A stretch of 64,000 nucleotides of DNA from Octopus sinensis (GCF_006345805.1 NC_043013.1:44702001-44766000); one strand, 5' to 3'. Counted from the first letter of the stretch, positions 13,658 through 27,181 are shown. The notes: generated by a model from the sequence alone, not told the origin. Translations and numbers: made by a program.

Positions 13658-13757
13658 NNNNNNNNNNNNNNNNNNNNNNNNNNNNNNNNNNNNNNNNNNN
13701 NNNNNNNNNNNNNNNNNNNNNNNNNNNNNNNNNNNNNNNNNNNNNNNNNNNNNNNNN
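13658..13757. other. Assembly gap (100 N)
   Basis: Run of exactly 100 N, a placeholder; true distance unknown. Confidence 0.99.
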
Positions 13758-13811
<54 letters not shown>

Positions 13812-13831
13812 TATATAACGCATACTACATA

Positions 13832-14470
13832 TACAAGGTCTGATCAATAAGTATCCCGATTTTGCCATAGTAACGAAGCTAAAGCACGTAGAGTGAAGCT
13901 GCTCGGCACAGATTGACCTTGAACTCTGCTGTGCCCGTTCACGAAGTTTTAATGTTCTAGCTCACTTCTGATGTTTACAGCAGTGCTTCGAATGAAGGTG
14001 TGTAGCGTGTGATCATGACAGAGAAAGTTGTCATGGCGATACCTGCTTAAAGGCCTACGCAAAGTTGCAGAAAGTGTATGGAGAAAAGTGTATGAGCTAC
14101 ACTTAAGTGTACGAGTGATTCAGACGTTTCCAAGATGGCCGAAAAATGTCGATATTGACGAACGATTTCGGAAACCTGCAACAAGCAGAACTCAGATAAA
14201 CATCGCAGATGTGCGTGCAGCAGTGAAGGGAAATCGTCGAATCACCATCCGTGAGTTATCAGAGGATGTGCTGATGAGTTACGGTTCAGTTCAGTCCATG
14301 ATCACTGAAGATTTGCGTATGAGACGCATGTCTGCCAAGCTTGTGCCAAAACTGCTTTCGGCTGACCAAAAAAGACACTTGGGTTTCAGTCGTACTTGAT
14401 TGTGTCGAGAACGATAAAACTTTGCATAGGCCTTTGACAGTGTTCAAGACATCAGAGATATATCAGACCC
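13832..14470 (+). mobile_element. Mariner (DD34D-type) transposon 5' part, decayed transposase
   Basis: TA-CAAGGTCTGATCAATAAGTATCC end; ORF 14028-14399 contains NRRITIRELSEDV...MRRMSAKLVPKLLSADQK (HTH plus WVPxxL-like motif). Confidence 0.85.
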
Positions 14471-14959
14471 ATACTTTGACTCCAACAGAACGAAATACCG
14501 TTGTGTCCTTGTTCTCACCTTGTTCAGCGTTATGTTTTTAACCATGTTGATAGGTGTCTTTAATGGTGCAGATGTTAGCATTGATATCAGATACCGTACT
14601 AATGGCTAAATCCAACGCTGGATTAACCATTAAGAAAAAAATTTTAACTTGCTGAAATAATTTTTGAACGTGGTTTATATGATCAGAAATATAACTTCGA
14701 AGTGGTCATGGTGTCGTAGTGAGGATCTGATCAAAAACTTTGCAATTAGCAGAAGTAGGAAAAAACTTTTCATATATAAATGAAGTGGATGTATACAAAA
14801 AATAAACATTATTTTCCATCTTACTGTTAGTTTTGTTTCATTTTGGGAAATAAAAATGTATCTTATGCTTTATTATATATATATATGAAAGTTATTTTAT
14901 TCCATACAGATAGAAATATAGGTAAAATAGAAGTTGAAAATACACTGAGAATAGTTGAA

Positions 14960-17090
14960 ATATTTTTTGTTAATATATTTAAAGCTTTAACCGGTTTCAC
15001 AGTTTACACTGATTTTCAAAAAGTTCAAATAAATCTGACTAGTGTTTGAAGCTTGCCCTATTTTCATAAGGCGTTCATGGCTCAAATTAGTCTATGTTTT
15101 TAAAAGGATTTGATCGGTAGAGGATAGTCACGTTACTGGTCATAGAAATTTTGTAGGTTCCCCGCTACGTCCGTGAGTTAGTATGAGATGACAATGTTTG
15201 GCGTCGTAAGTTAAGACTGGCACGGTTAAATGAACATGTCCAAACAATCAATGCTCTGAATGTTTTCTGTCAAGTGTTTGTAAAGAATGAACCTTTTGTA
15301 CGTTTCCCGTTACGTCCGTAATTTAATTTGTCTGGTGGGAGAGTTAACAGGAGTCGTTGGTATGTAGTCTAGTGCCTCACGTTTAGGTTGTTAGCTGTGT
15401 AGGTTCCATATGATAAGTGGGAGATTGAGTCTTGTGTGTGAATAGTTATTTGTGTATGTACTCTGTTAAAGTTTGTTAAGTTTGGTTTGTACTTCTGTAT
15501 GAAAATATTTTCTTTGTTTATCCGTGCTTCATCTGCGGTATTTTGTGAACATAGGTAGATTGGGAAGACCTGAAATTTGGAGGACTTATTTTTTGCACAT
15601 GTCTATGTGTCCACTCAGTGGAATCTGTCTAGTACTGGGGTCTTGTATTTGTTGTCGCTGAATGGTCAGGCTATTTCTTAGAGTAAGCTTTGACCTGTGT
15701 AATCTTCATTACATCCTTAACATTTGATAGCGTATATTAAATTCCTTGGAGAACATGTAAAGTGACTTTTTACGGTAAAAGTCTGTCCTGATTTGAATTT
15801 GTATGTTGTGTCTTCAATAAGGTTGATGCAGGTTCCTCAACTGGGGCGGCCACATCTTTTGACTGTTGGTGTAGGAATTGTGGAAGGTAATTCAGCATTT
15901 ATGAGGAATTTTTGGAGGGAATTTGATTGCATTTTGCTCTTGATTATTTTGTGCATTATGAATGTTTGTTTCATTCTTGGGTCTTGTTTTAGTAGTGAGA
16001 TGTTCTGGTGGATAATATTGTAAACTTCTGTGTTTCTTGGGCTGTGTGCTGTAATAAAGGGTAGAGTATGAAATGTATCTGGAGCGTTTTTCGTTTTTCG
16101 TTGTTCTTCGATATTTATCGCTTTGGCATGTTCTATTCCGTTGTCCATTAACATTAATGGATATTGTCTTTTAAGTAGTACTTGTTTTAATTCCTAGAGT
16201 CTTTTATTGCGAGTTTCAGGGTTTGAGACAACTGTGCAGATTCTTCTTGCTCGATTAAAGGGAATATTATCCTTCGTGTCTTTGGGATGGCATGAGGAGA
16301 ACAGTAAGTATTGTTTAGAATTTGTTTCTAGTGAATATCCATTTCAATGCTTGTTTTGTTTTTGATGATTAGTATTTAGGAATAGTACTTGAGTTTTACT
16401 GTATTCCATGGTAAAGTTAATATTGTTGTTTATGCTGTTGATTAGATTTTTGAAATGTATAATATGTTCAAATGTGTGTGTCCATAGGATTAGGCAGTCA
16501 TCTAAATAACCTTTCCAGTTTTCTAGTAGATATTTGTGGAAGTTCAAGCCAGTTAGATTCTTCATACATTAGGACCTCTATGCATGCCATAACTATATTT
16601 GCGTAAGTCGGAGCAACTTTTGTCGCCATCACAGTCCCAGATAATTGTAAATATTGTCATCGAAGTCAAAAAAGTTGTTTTCGAGGTTAAACTTTAATCC
16701 TTCAGTGATGAAACTCTTTTCGATTCTGTCTGGAATTTCATGAGGTTATTTCTCAGGCCAGAAATTCATTGCCTCTAGTCCATATTGGTGTGGGATTGTA
16801 GTATACCATATCAAAAGGTACAATAGGGATATCATTGTTTATGGATTTAGGATGTGGTCTGGGTCGTCCCTTACAAGACTTGGTAGGTTTTTTTAAAGTA
16901 GGTTTCAGTAATATGTCTAAAAAGTTGCTGTTTCACAGTTCGAGCTTGCTACGATTGATCTGAATTTGACGTTTGTGGGAGAGTGTATATTTATGCAACT
17001 TGAAGTTGGTTCTTTACATGCATTCTTAATAGTTTCTTAATTTGGGGGAAACCGTAGAAGTAGATAGTCTTGCAATCAAAATGGGTTAGG
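14960..17090 (-). mobile_element. Decayed Penelope-like element (RT + GIY-YIG + 3' UTR)
   Basis: Minus-strand fragments NFLDILLKPTLK, GTVMATKVAPTYANIVMA, WKGYLDDCLILW, TLPFITAHSPRN and CSPRNLIYAIKC*GCNEDYTGQS (GIY-YIG). Decayed HHR CTTT-TTGAAAA-TCAG...CTGT-GAAACCGGTT-AAAG at 14985-15023. Confidence 0.85.
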
Positions 17091-17166
17091 TAGTCACACT
17101 TTTTGTTTGTTAAAAACCATTTTTAATATATATTTTTATATATATACATATATATATTACATCCAT

Positions 17167-17239
<73 letters not shown>

Positions 17240-17654
17240 TGTGGGAAATTTGCAGAGCGATCAATCGTGTAGGAACTCACTCACTTTGAAGTGGGCGGAA
17301 GGTTTTATTGTTAAAGTGTTGAAGTTGTAGTTGTAGTCGTCGTCATCGTTGTTGTTGTTGTTGTTATTTAGTCGACGCTGAGTGATCAGGCTTTTGATAA
17401 TAGACAATCCGTACATGACCATAGAGTATTTTCATCTCAAACCCTGTAGATCCTAAGATTACATTTCCAATATACCTCTTCCATTTTAAGACAGTTTGGT
17501 GCAATGTGCGGGCGTTATTTCATAACAGATAATACAACATTGTTGTTGTTGTTGCAACAGCCTCTGCTGCTGCTGCTGTTTAGTCCCATCTCAGCCCTGA
17601 ACAAGCAGACCTATAACCAATGATATTCCCACCATGATCATCCCACTGCTTTTA

Positions 17655-17685
<31 letters not shown>

Positions 17686-18420
17686 GTGTGTGTTGTGTAA
17701 GGAAACACAACCAGATTAACCAATGTCCTTTAATACGACTAAAGCATATAATTCCATTGAGATTCGGTTGTTATTTCTAACAAATCGAGCGGCCTCGTGA
17801 AGGCTTTGTCGCTGATGATTCGTCGAACGAGAGTTAACATATTAGAGAGGCGGCAGCGGCGCAGGCGTCGGTGGCTCTATTATGTCTGCCAATATCACCT
17901 ATTCTCTAATTTATCATACTAAAAAGGCCAAGCTGTCAGAATTGACAAATAAATATTTTACATCATTCAATATGAAACCTCAATTAGCCTTCCTGTCTTC
18001 TTCTCTTTCTTGTTCTTGTTGCCGTTGATGCTGCCATTTTATTTTTCTATATTTTGCTCTCCTATTTTTAATAATTTTTTCTTCTTTCGTCAAATTTATA
18101 TTGTCTTTCTGTTTCTTTTTTGCTTGTTTGTTTGTTTGTTTGTTTTGCCGTTATTTGTCGTTGGTGATGTCATATCTTTCTTTCTCATCATTTTCTCATC
18201 TGCATTTTCTTCTTCTAATTCATTTCTTCTACATTTTCTTTCCTTTGTCTCTCCTCTCCTCGCTTTTTTTTTCTCGCCTTTTCTTTTTCCCTCCATGCAA
18301 CACTTCGTTTTGTATTCTTTCTAGTATTAAACTTATTGTTTCGACTTCGTTTTCTTTTTTCTTTCCTCAAATTTGCATGATTAATAGCGTGAACTTACTC
18401 TTTCTATTATTTTTATAGGA

Positions 18421-18773
18421 GCAGAAGAAGAAGAAGAAGAAGAAGAAGAAGAAGAAGAAGAAGAAGAAGAAGAAGAAGAAGAAGAAGAAGAAGAAGCGGG
18501 AAGAAGAGACAAAGGTGGAAGAACAGGAGGGAAAAGAAGAAGAGGGAGTGAAAGAGGAAGAAAGAGGAAAAGAAGAAGAGGAAGGAGAAGAAGAAGAAGA
18601 AGAAGAAGAAGGAGGAGGAGGAGGAGGAGGAGGAGGAAGAAGAAGGAAAAGAAGAAGAAGAAGTAGGAGGAGGAGGAGGAGAAGAAGAAGAAGAAGAAGA
18701 AGAAGAAGAAAAGAAGAAGAAGAAGAAGAAGAAGAAGAAGAAGAAGAAGAAGAAGAAGAAGAAGAAGAAGAAT
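18421..18773 (+). repeat. (GAA)n/(GGA)n polypurine tract
   Basis: Direct tandem trinucleotide repeats. Confidence 0.95.
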
Positions 18774-18973
18774 TGTGGGCGCGGGATCAGCCTTTTCGTT
18801 TGTAGAGGATGAATTGATTAAATTAAATGTAATATTTCATTTGTACCTGTTTCGACGAGTTTCTGAAGGATGAAATATAAAATCGATCATTCTCGAAATT
18901 TGAACTCAGAATTTAGCCGTGCGTGTCTAGCATCCTACCGGTTTAATCACCCACTATGTTCATAGTTATAATG

Positions 18974-19043
<70 letters not shown>

Positions 19044-19044
<1 letters not shown>

Positions 19045-19606
19045 CCTTTCTACAAAAGCACAAGGCCTGAAATTTGGGGGAGGGGACCAGTCGATTACAT
19101 CGACCCCAGTGTTTCACTGATACTTAATTTATCGACCCCGAAAGAATAAAAGGTAAAGTCGCCCTCGGCGGCATTTGAACTCAGAAACTGAAGACGGACA
19201 AAATACCTATTTCTTTACTACCCACAAGGGGCTAAACACAGAGAGAACAAACAAGGACAGACAAACGGATAAAGTCGATTATATCGACCCCAGTGCGTAA
19301 CTGGTACTTATTTAATCGACCCCGAAAGGATGAAAGGCAAAGTCGACTTTGGCGGAATTTGAACTCAGTAGCGGCAGACGAAATACCTATTTCTTTACTA
19401 CCCACAAGGGGCTAAACACAGGGAGGACAAACGGATTAAGTCGATTATATCGACCTCAGTGCGTAACTGGTACTTAATTTATCGACCCCGAAAGGATGAA
19501 AGGCAAAATCGACCTCGGCGGAATTTGAACTCAGAACGTAGCGGCAGACGAAATATCGCTAAACATTTCGCCCGGCGTGTTCACGATTCTGCCTGCTCGC
19601 CGCCTT
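19044..19606 (-). mobile_element. SINE family B, three-unit concatemer
   Basis: Two internal AAAGAAATA|GGTATTT junctions; ends in the alternative tail next to (TAG)n. Confidence 0.9.
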
Positions 19607-19636
19607 AATAATAATGAGGAGGAGGAGGAGGATAAA

Positions 19637-20082
19637 CCCTGATGCAGTGCCAGGCAGTGACTCTCATGGCTTCTGATCTTAACTGATTGGAACTGTTTCC
19701 GTATACATTGTTTTGTCTTGATATAAAAGATAGGATACAGTAAATATTCTACTCAATACCACAGAATCGCTTGTCAGTTGTTTGACCTCAACCAGTTGAG
19801 CATGCCCCTTAACCAGTTGAGCATGACGATATGTGAATCTCTGATCACGGACAGAAGTAGTGGGTGGGGAGCATCATAGCCATGTGTTGAGAGGAATTAT
19901 TTGGGGTTTGGATAATTCACCTTTGGAAACGTGGGTGTTTTGTTCAGGGACCTTCTGAGCGGGATGAGCTACTCAACCTGAAGGAAATTCTAACTGGGCC
20001 CCACCTGCAAGGTAATGGGTATACTTGGCTTCGTATATTTTACCCCATTATCACTTTGATGGCATGCACTGCTCTCTTACTC
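19637..20082 (+). mobile_element. Short non-coding element (family D) ending CTCAATAATAAT
   Basis: Shares CCTGAAG.AAATTCTAACTGGGCCCCACCTGCAAGG and GGCTTCGTATATTTTACCCC...GGCATGCACTGCTCTCT with copies at 40176-40380 and 50561-50696. Confidence 0.8.
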
Positions 20083-20092
20083 AATAATAATA

Positions 20093-20137
<45 letters not shown>

Positions 20138-20679
20138 GTGATACCGCAGCGAAAAGGAAACAGCATGGACGTATGACAGCGAGCTGCCGGGAAGATAGAT
20201 CAAATCTGAAACCATCACGATGCAGGAAAAATGATGAAAGAAAATTGTTTTAATGTAAAAAGACTTGCCCATAATAAAACCAACCAAAAAAGAAGGAACG
20301 ATGAACAGATCACCATGAAAGCTATGAAATGGTTTATGATTTGCACACACTACTATGCAACACTCCAAACTCATACGGGAATAAACTCATACAGTAAATG
20401 CCCAATAAAATTAACGGAGCCCACAACTTGTGCCATAGAAGCCCGATACCCAACGGACGAACACAACCTGCACTGCACAAACAACACACAATACAAAACT
20501 AATACAGCAAAGATTCAAACCAAACCCTTAACAAAACATACTGATGCAATACAATATTCCCCAGGAAAAAAACAAAGAAGCATACACCTAATCAGCACAA
20601 AAAAGTGCACCAAGTAACGCAATAGAAAGTTTCTTGAAACTATCGAAAAGTAATAGTAGTGATGACGATGGAGACGAAA

Positions 20680-21560
20680 GTCACATTACCTCAGTTTATG
20701 AGAGACAGGAGTTAGCGCAGAAACACTTGTTGTGACAGCGAAAATGAGGTTGGACCTTCTCGCTCGACAGTGGTTCAGTAAAGATGCAGACTGACCACAG
20801 CTGTTATCTTGAGACAACATCAGCATCAGTAGAGCAAGGAAGATGAAGTGGACCACCAAAGAAAACAGGATAGTGATGCAGTGCTACTTAGAAAGCGAAC
20901 TTAAAAGAAGGGAGCTACAGAAAACGGATGTTAACACTTTGGGTACAGAAGGGTATGTTTAAAGTGACTGAGCAGGGACTAGTAGATGAAGCTAACGCTG
21001 TTAGGAGAAGAAAGTGGATGACAGAATTGGAGGTGGAAGAGATCACAAGAGAACTGGAAAAGAAAGATCAAGAGGTAGAAAAGACAAACAACAACATAAG
21101 AGATACAGCTCAAACCAAATAAGAACCTAAAGGAAAAAATAACAATAGCGCCTCCAGTAAGGAAGAGACAACTGGTACTAGCGATTTAAGTGATTTAAGT
21201 GAGGAAGACCAGAAGATTTTAGATGAGTTACAGGAAGTAATGAGTAAAGAAGAAAGAAAAGAATTGCCAGCATTAAAAGGCATCAACAGAAGGAAGCTGC
21301 TAAATATGACTAGGAAAGTAGCTTCTGTTATCAATAGGATAGATACTAAAAATATAGGAGACACTAACTTGTTGATCTATGCAGGAAGAGTAATAGTTAC
21401 TAGAAGATTAGATATTCCATAAGGAAAGATTAGAAAATAGCAAATGTGGAAAAGGAGATTACAAAATAAAGTGAAGACTTTAAGACAAGATCTGAGTAGA
21501 ATAGAAGACGGGAAACTAAACAAGTTGGGAAAAACACGATTTAAATCTTCTCTTGAGAGA
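20680..21560 (+). mobile_element. Decayed R4/Dong-clade element, N-terminal ORF region
   Basis: MKWTTKENRIVMQCYLES...YRKRMLTLW...TEQGLVDEANAVRRRKWMTELEVEEI and WKRRLQNKVKTLRQDLSRI match R4/Dong N-terminal motifs. Confidence 0.75.
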
Positions 21561-21742
21561 ACCGTACCCATGTATATACACACACACACAAACGCATACT
21601 CAATACCAACACACACAAAACGTATATACACACACATACACACACATACACAAACGTGCACACACACACACACACAGACACATTTACATACACCACAATA
21701 AACCTTGGGACCAATCAAAAACGGCCCACACACACAAACACG

Positions 21743-21797
<55 letters not shown>

Positions 21798-21949
21798 ATA
21801 TACAAAAAGCAATAAAGATTCAAGTCAATTTAAATGAATTTACTTGAATTTGGTACCTAACTTAGATGCACCAAAAAACTATACGGTTTTAACAATACAG
21901 TAATGTGGGGTGATTATTAGCGAGAAAAAAGCAACAAGAATGGATAGGT

Positions 21950-22040
21950 TTTTAGTACAATCGTTTCATACAAGGACAGGCTTTATTAAAAGTTGCAAAA
22001 ATTGCAGCATATAAACGTGTCCCGTACTCATCAGCTAAAA
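21950..22040 (-). ncRNA. Type I hammerhead ribozyme (left arm of palindrome)
   Basis: Mirror copy of 22228-22318. Confidence 0.75.
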
Positions 22041-22227
22041 TACATGTGAGTTCTCTAGACATCCTAGTGGTTGAGGCTATACTCATTAAGTAATGTAGAT
22101 AATTAAGTAACATAAACAGATTTCCAAAGTTCATTAAACTTTGGAAATCTGTTTATGTTACTTAATTATCTACATTACTTAATGAGTATAGCCTCAACCA
22201 CTAGGATGTCTAGAGAACTCACATGTA

Positions 22228-22318
22228 TTTTAGCTGATGAGTACGGGACACGTTTATATGCTGCAATTTTTGCAACTTTTAATAAAGCCTGTCCTTGTAT
22301 GAAACGATTGTACTAAAA
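22228..22318 (+). ncRNA. Type I hammerhead ribozyme (right arm of palindrome)
   Basis: TTTTAG CTGATGA GTAC...GTAT GAAAC GATT GTA CTAAAA: 6-bp stem I, canonical core, GUA triplet. Confidence 0.78.
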
Positions 22319-23093
22319 ACCTATCCATTCTTGTTGGTTTTTTCTCGCGTATATATATATACTCACACACACACACAGAGGCACACACCATTCTGACCTC
22401 TAAAGACCGATCCCCATAACCACTCAACCATGAAAGAGAAGCAAAAACTTCTTTTCAATTCCGCATTGCTCTTCCTTCCCCCCACCCAAACACACCTCTT
22501 AAACTGTCCCTTTAAAATAGAAAATAGTCTTTTACGATTAAATTGTGAAACAGGTCAGTTCATCCCAAATTCTTTATAAACTAAATATATCTCTTTCCGT
22601 GTATATATATATATACTACCAAAATATGACCTTTTTGAACTTATAATATTCTGTGTATATATATAGATGCTTCCAAACAAACATGATTTCGAATGAAATC
22701 CTAATAGGTTTTATGAACTTGTTAATAAATTCTCAAAGCAAATTTTTCTGTAAACTGTTTTTAACATTTTCTTATTATTATCAAAGAATGTATATATGTA
22801 TTGTAATTTTTTGTGCCCAATATTTTAATGAGCTTTTTTATATTTTCCCAAGATTTTTCCTTGTAAATTGTTTTTAACATGTTCTTATTATTATCAAAGA
22901 ATGTATATATGTATTGTAATATTTTGTGACAACCAGTACCTAACACAACAAAGCTTTTACATGTTACTTTTCACAATCTTTTTTCTAAAAAAAGTGAAAC
23001 CGGTCAAGTGAATAAACATCTTATAAAATTGCATTTTCAAACCTTCTTTTATATATAATTCCACTCGTGCGGTACCTTACAACTTCACTTTGT

Positions 23094-23127
<34 letters not shown>

Positions 23128-23295
23128 TCACTGCTGACGTCATCAACCCTTCTTCCTGCCATATCATGTTAGCTACCCCAACTATAACACTTTAACACTC
23201 TCACAAGAACCATACTCTGAGGGCCAACATTAATGTTTCAACAATCCTTTGTTCTTAAACAATATAGATAACACAAGAAATAACAGCTAAACTCC

Positions 23296-23686
23296 TAATG
23301 ATGGAAGTACTCCGTCGATTACGACGATGAGGGTTCCGGTTCATCCGAATCAACGGAACAGCCTGCTCGTGAAATTAACATGTAAGTGGCTGAGCACTCC
23401 ACAGACACGTTTACCATTAACGTAGTTCTCGGGGATATTCAGCGTGACACAGAGAGTGACAAGGCCGGCCCTTTTGAAATACAGGTACAACAGAAACAGG
23501 AAGTAAGAGTGAGAGAAAGTTGTGGTGAAAGAGTACAACAGGGATCACCACCATCCCCTGTCGGAGCCTCGTGGAGCTTTAGGTGTTTTCGCTCAATAAA
23601 CACTCACAACGCCCGGTCTGGGAATCGAAACCGCGATCCTATGACCGCGAGTCCGCTGCCCTAACCACTGGGCCATTGCGCCTCCA
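23296..23686 (-). mobile_element. SINE family A, full length, tail variant 2
   Basis: Head GGAGGCGCAATGGCCCAGTGG; TSD CTAAACTCC at 23287-23295 and 23687-23695. Confidence 0.95.
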
Positions 23687-24654
23687 CTAAACTCCCAATA
23701 ATTCCTAGGCAACCCACGCCATCACATGTACACATACATCATCAAACAGTCAAGAACAGCATCTCTGCACCGGGAGTGACTTTCTGCATCACAGACACCA
23801 TGCTATCACCACACGCCAAACAATCTCTTCAGACCACCGAATAATTATAGTCTCAAATCACGTACATATCAATAAAAGGAAGATCATTTTTATAAATGTC
23901 TTAATCACAGTGGAATGCGTTCCACCAAAACAAAAAAACAAAAAGGAAAAGCAGAATTATTGTTTTCAGATTTCAACAACACCACCACCATGGACATATG
24001 TTCACCATAATTATGATAGATGCGCCAAAATATGTCTCACGAAACAACATAAACAAATGCAATCCAATTACATATCTGAGATAACAACCATTATAGAATC
24101 ACGAAGACAATAGCAAACACGACCCACACACAACAGGAATATAACTCGACATCAATCAACTAAACAAGGAAGTAGCAAAGAAAATAAACCAAAGAATAAA
24201 CTTGAAACTAGTAAACATTTGTTTCCAAATTAAACTAGAAAACAAACAGCAAACCAGCGTGTATACGTACTAATTAGCCGCTTCAACAACAACGTTGAAT
24301 GCACCACACCTTTGGCACAATAACAACATCAAGTAACTTAGCCATGCCGTAATACTATGCAAGCGCTTTCATCAGACATTTCCAAAAAAAGCAGCCGCAA
24401 AATGAAAACACACACACACACACAGAAGAGAAACAAAAAATGAAACTTACCATTCACCCCAAGACCGATGGTTCCCTATCTTTTACTAAGAAAACTTATT
24501 TTGGCAAACCAATAATCTGCGACGATCCTTTATTAATGGAATACATATAACATTTGATTTTTTCCTTGAGGAAATGTTTCTCAATTCTTTTTGTTTGTAG
24601 TAAATACTGTGTTGTAGCATTTGTACTTCGGGCGGCTTATTACACGATATATTC

Positions 24655-24905
24655 TCTTTTATTATTTATCTGCTTCAGTCATTAGACTGCGGCCATACTG
24701 GAGCACTACCTAGATGAATTTTAGTCAAATAAATCGATCCCAGTTCTTATCTCTTTTCCTTTAAAGCTTGGTACTTATTCTATCGTTCTCTTTTTGCTGA
24801 ACTGTTACGGGGAAAAGTTACGGAAGGTTACCAAAAGTTACAGGGACGTAAACAATATCAATTGTCAAGAGTGGTGGGAGACGAACAGAAACGCAACACA
24901 CACAC
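24655..24905 (-). mobile_element. SINE family C, decayed 3' half
   Basis: CAGTCATTAGACTGCGGCCATACTGGAGCAC...GGTACTTATTCTATCG. Confidence 0.75.
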
Positions 24906-25019
24906 AGAACGGTCATGTCATCTCATTAAACCGTTAAGGTTAAGGATCTGCAGTGTACTTAGTCGCAGGTTTGTAAAGTTTTAATCCCACGGATGGTGAT
25001 ACGTATTGAGAGGCACAAG

Positions 25020-25205
25020 TTGAATTTATCGGGTTCAAATTTTGGTACAAGAGCAGTAATTCCTATCTCCAACAGGTACTCATTTTATCGACCACGAAAA
25101 GATGAAGAGTAAAGACGACCTGGCGGAATTCGAACTCAGAACGTAAAGACGAACGAAATGGAGCTAAACATTTTGCCCAGCGCTGCTAACGATTCTGCCA
25201 GGTTA
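25020..25205 (-). mobile_element. SINE family B, decayed
   Basis: GGTACTCATTTTATCGACC...GGCGGAATTCGAACTCAGAACG. Confidence 0.8.
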
Positions 25206-26470
25206 GCAGTGATGCCAATATTACCAAAAATAACGACAACAGCAGAGGAACCAGCAGTAACGAAATAAGAACTGAAAACTGCAACAATAAAACAAATGAG
25301 TTGAATATGGAGCGCTTATCTGGTTACTGGATTTGAAAAAAATATATTTAACCTTCCTCAAATCCTCCCTTGCCGTTATACATGGGAGGCGGAAATATAT
25401 ATATCCAGGGCAACGGAATTCGGGATATATTTCAATAAAGACAGGATGACGGCTTCAACACGTTTCATCGTTGATCTACTCAATCAGCAGCAACATCCCC
25501 AATAAAACACAAGTAACCCAACAAAATTTTGTTCTTTTGCTCTTTTGTATCTTGACTTAACATTAGATTAAATCTAAGGAAGAAAAGACAAGTTGTACGC
25601 AAAAAACCCAGGAGGAAAAGTCCTTCTGGAAGATGTAAAATAACAATCAACTGCAGACGTACGAATAAAAAGAAAATAATAGTAAGCCTTTCTCTTGTGT
25701 ATACAGTAAAGTGCATTGAGCGCTCCTGATATCTCACAACAGATAAATAGTAACTGTGGGCCTGTAAAGAAGAGGCTAAAACGTACGCCTTGCGTCTTAG
25801 GTTAGATGAATATATATTAAACTCCATATACAGGCGTTGTAGTTGTATCAATATGTCTCCATTGTTGAACCGGCAGATAGTGTAAGGGTTTTCAGAGAAG
25901 TTCGCAGAAGTGATCGATTTTCGTTCTTCCTAGTCGGAGATTCCGATAGAGCTCCAAGTGTTGATTACGTCTGAAAATCTAGAAAGAATTCATGATCGAG
26001 AAAATATCCAGGGAAGGTTTCACACCGAAAGACACTACAATATGAAATTTTGGTAATGGGTTGGGATTTCGGTTTTTTTTTATTACGGAAGTACTGACTA
26101 ATTGAGGAAATGGCAGTCTCGTCATCTCTACGCGATCTAACGCTAAGACTGTCGAATCGCAATCGAGTTTCGTTTTTAGATTGATAACAGAGTGAAGGCA
26201 CACGTGCTTTTGTGTTGATGTCAAAACCGTGAGTTAGTATAGGATCTCATGATCTGTCCAATGTAAGTATTGTCTTACGGATACTCTTGATAAGTGCGTG
26301 TAAGAATCTGTATACATACAATACACACATACATACATGTAGACATACACACACATACATACATATATACTTAATACATACACGTGTATATATACATATT
26401 GTGTATTATATTAGAGTATCTATATTATATATATATATATATTTATATTATATATATATCATACAAATAT

Positions 26471-26518
<48 letters not shown>

Positions 26519-26519
26519 A

Positions 26520-26733
26520 GATTAGTGTACATTTAAACACAAAAGAGGCGACCCTTAAGAGGCAGCTTTACATGCTAGAAGGAGCAGTCAAAACGACCAA
26601 AACCACATTTAAGAGCAATTTCGAAGGAAATGAAAAATAAAAACTTTTACCTTGTTTTTTTACAGCCATACCTAGATTTCGAACTCTAATTAGCAAATAA
26701 AATAATTTGGTAGTTGAAGTTCTCATCAGTGGC
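26520..26733 (-). mobile_element. PLE-type tail fragment in (TA)n, starting with a hammerhead
   Basis: (TA)n on both sides; HHR at its 5' edge. PLE assignment is inferred from the HHR plus tail layout. Confidence 0.55.
26665..26733 (-). ncRNA. Type I hammerhead ribozyme, canonical core
   Basis: GCCA CTGATGA GAACT...AGTTC GAAA TCTAGG TA TGGC; GUA triplet; near-palindromic stem III. Confidence 0.75.
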
Positions 26734-27016
26734 ATATATATATAATATATACATACATATATATATATAAATACACACACACATATACATATATGTATAA
26801 ATTTATATATATTCCATATATATATATATATATTATATTATATATATATATATATATATAATATATATATATATAAAATTAATCAAAATAAAAACATGAT
26901 CCTTGGCATCATGTTTTTATTTTGATTAATTTACTCCACCACCTACACCACCAAACGGTATATACAGGTGCTTCTTCACAGGCCCACAGTTACTATTTAT
27001 CAAGTACTCACCCTGA

Positions 27017-27120
<104 letters not shown>

Positions 27121-27150
27121 CATTATATATATATATATATAATATACATA

Positions 27151-27181
<31 letters not shown>

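Larger units (their letters stand above)
21920..22348. repeat. 429-bp near-perfect palindrome (212-bp arms, 5-nt spacer)
   Basis: 21920-22131 is the reverse complement of 22137-22348; one mismatch seen; spacer CATTA. Confidence 0.97.

Noticed and set aside
13638-13868. ORF crossing the N run
   Set aside because: Artefact of the assembly gap.
25445-25495. CTGATTGA...GAAACGTG hammerhead-like motif on minus
   Set aside because: The core has an insertion, there is no valid NUH triplet, and the stems are not convincing.
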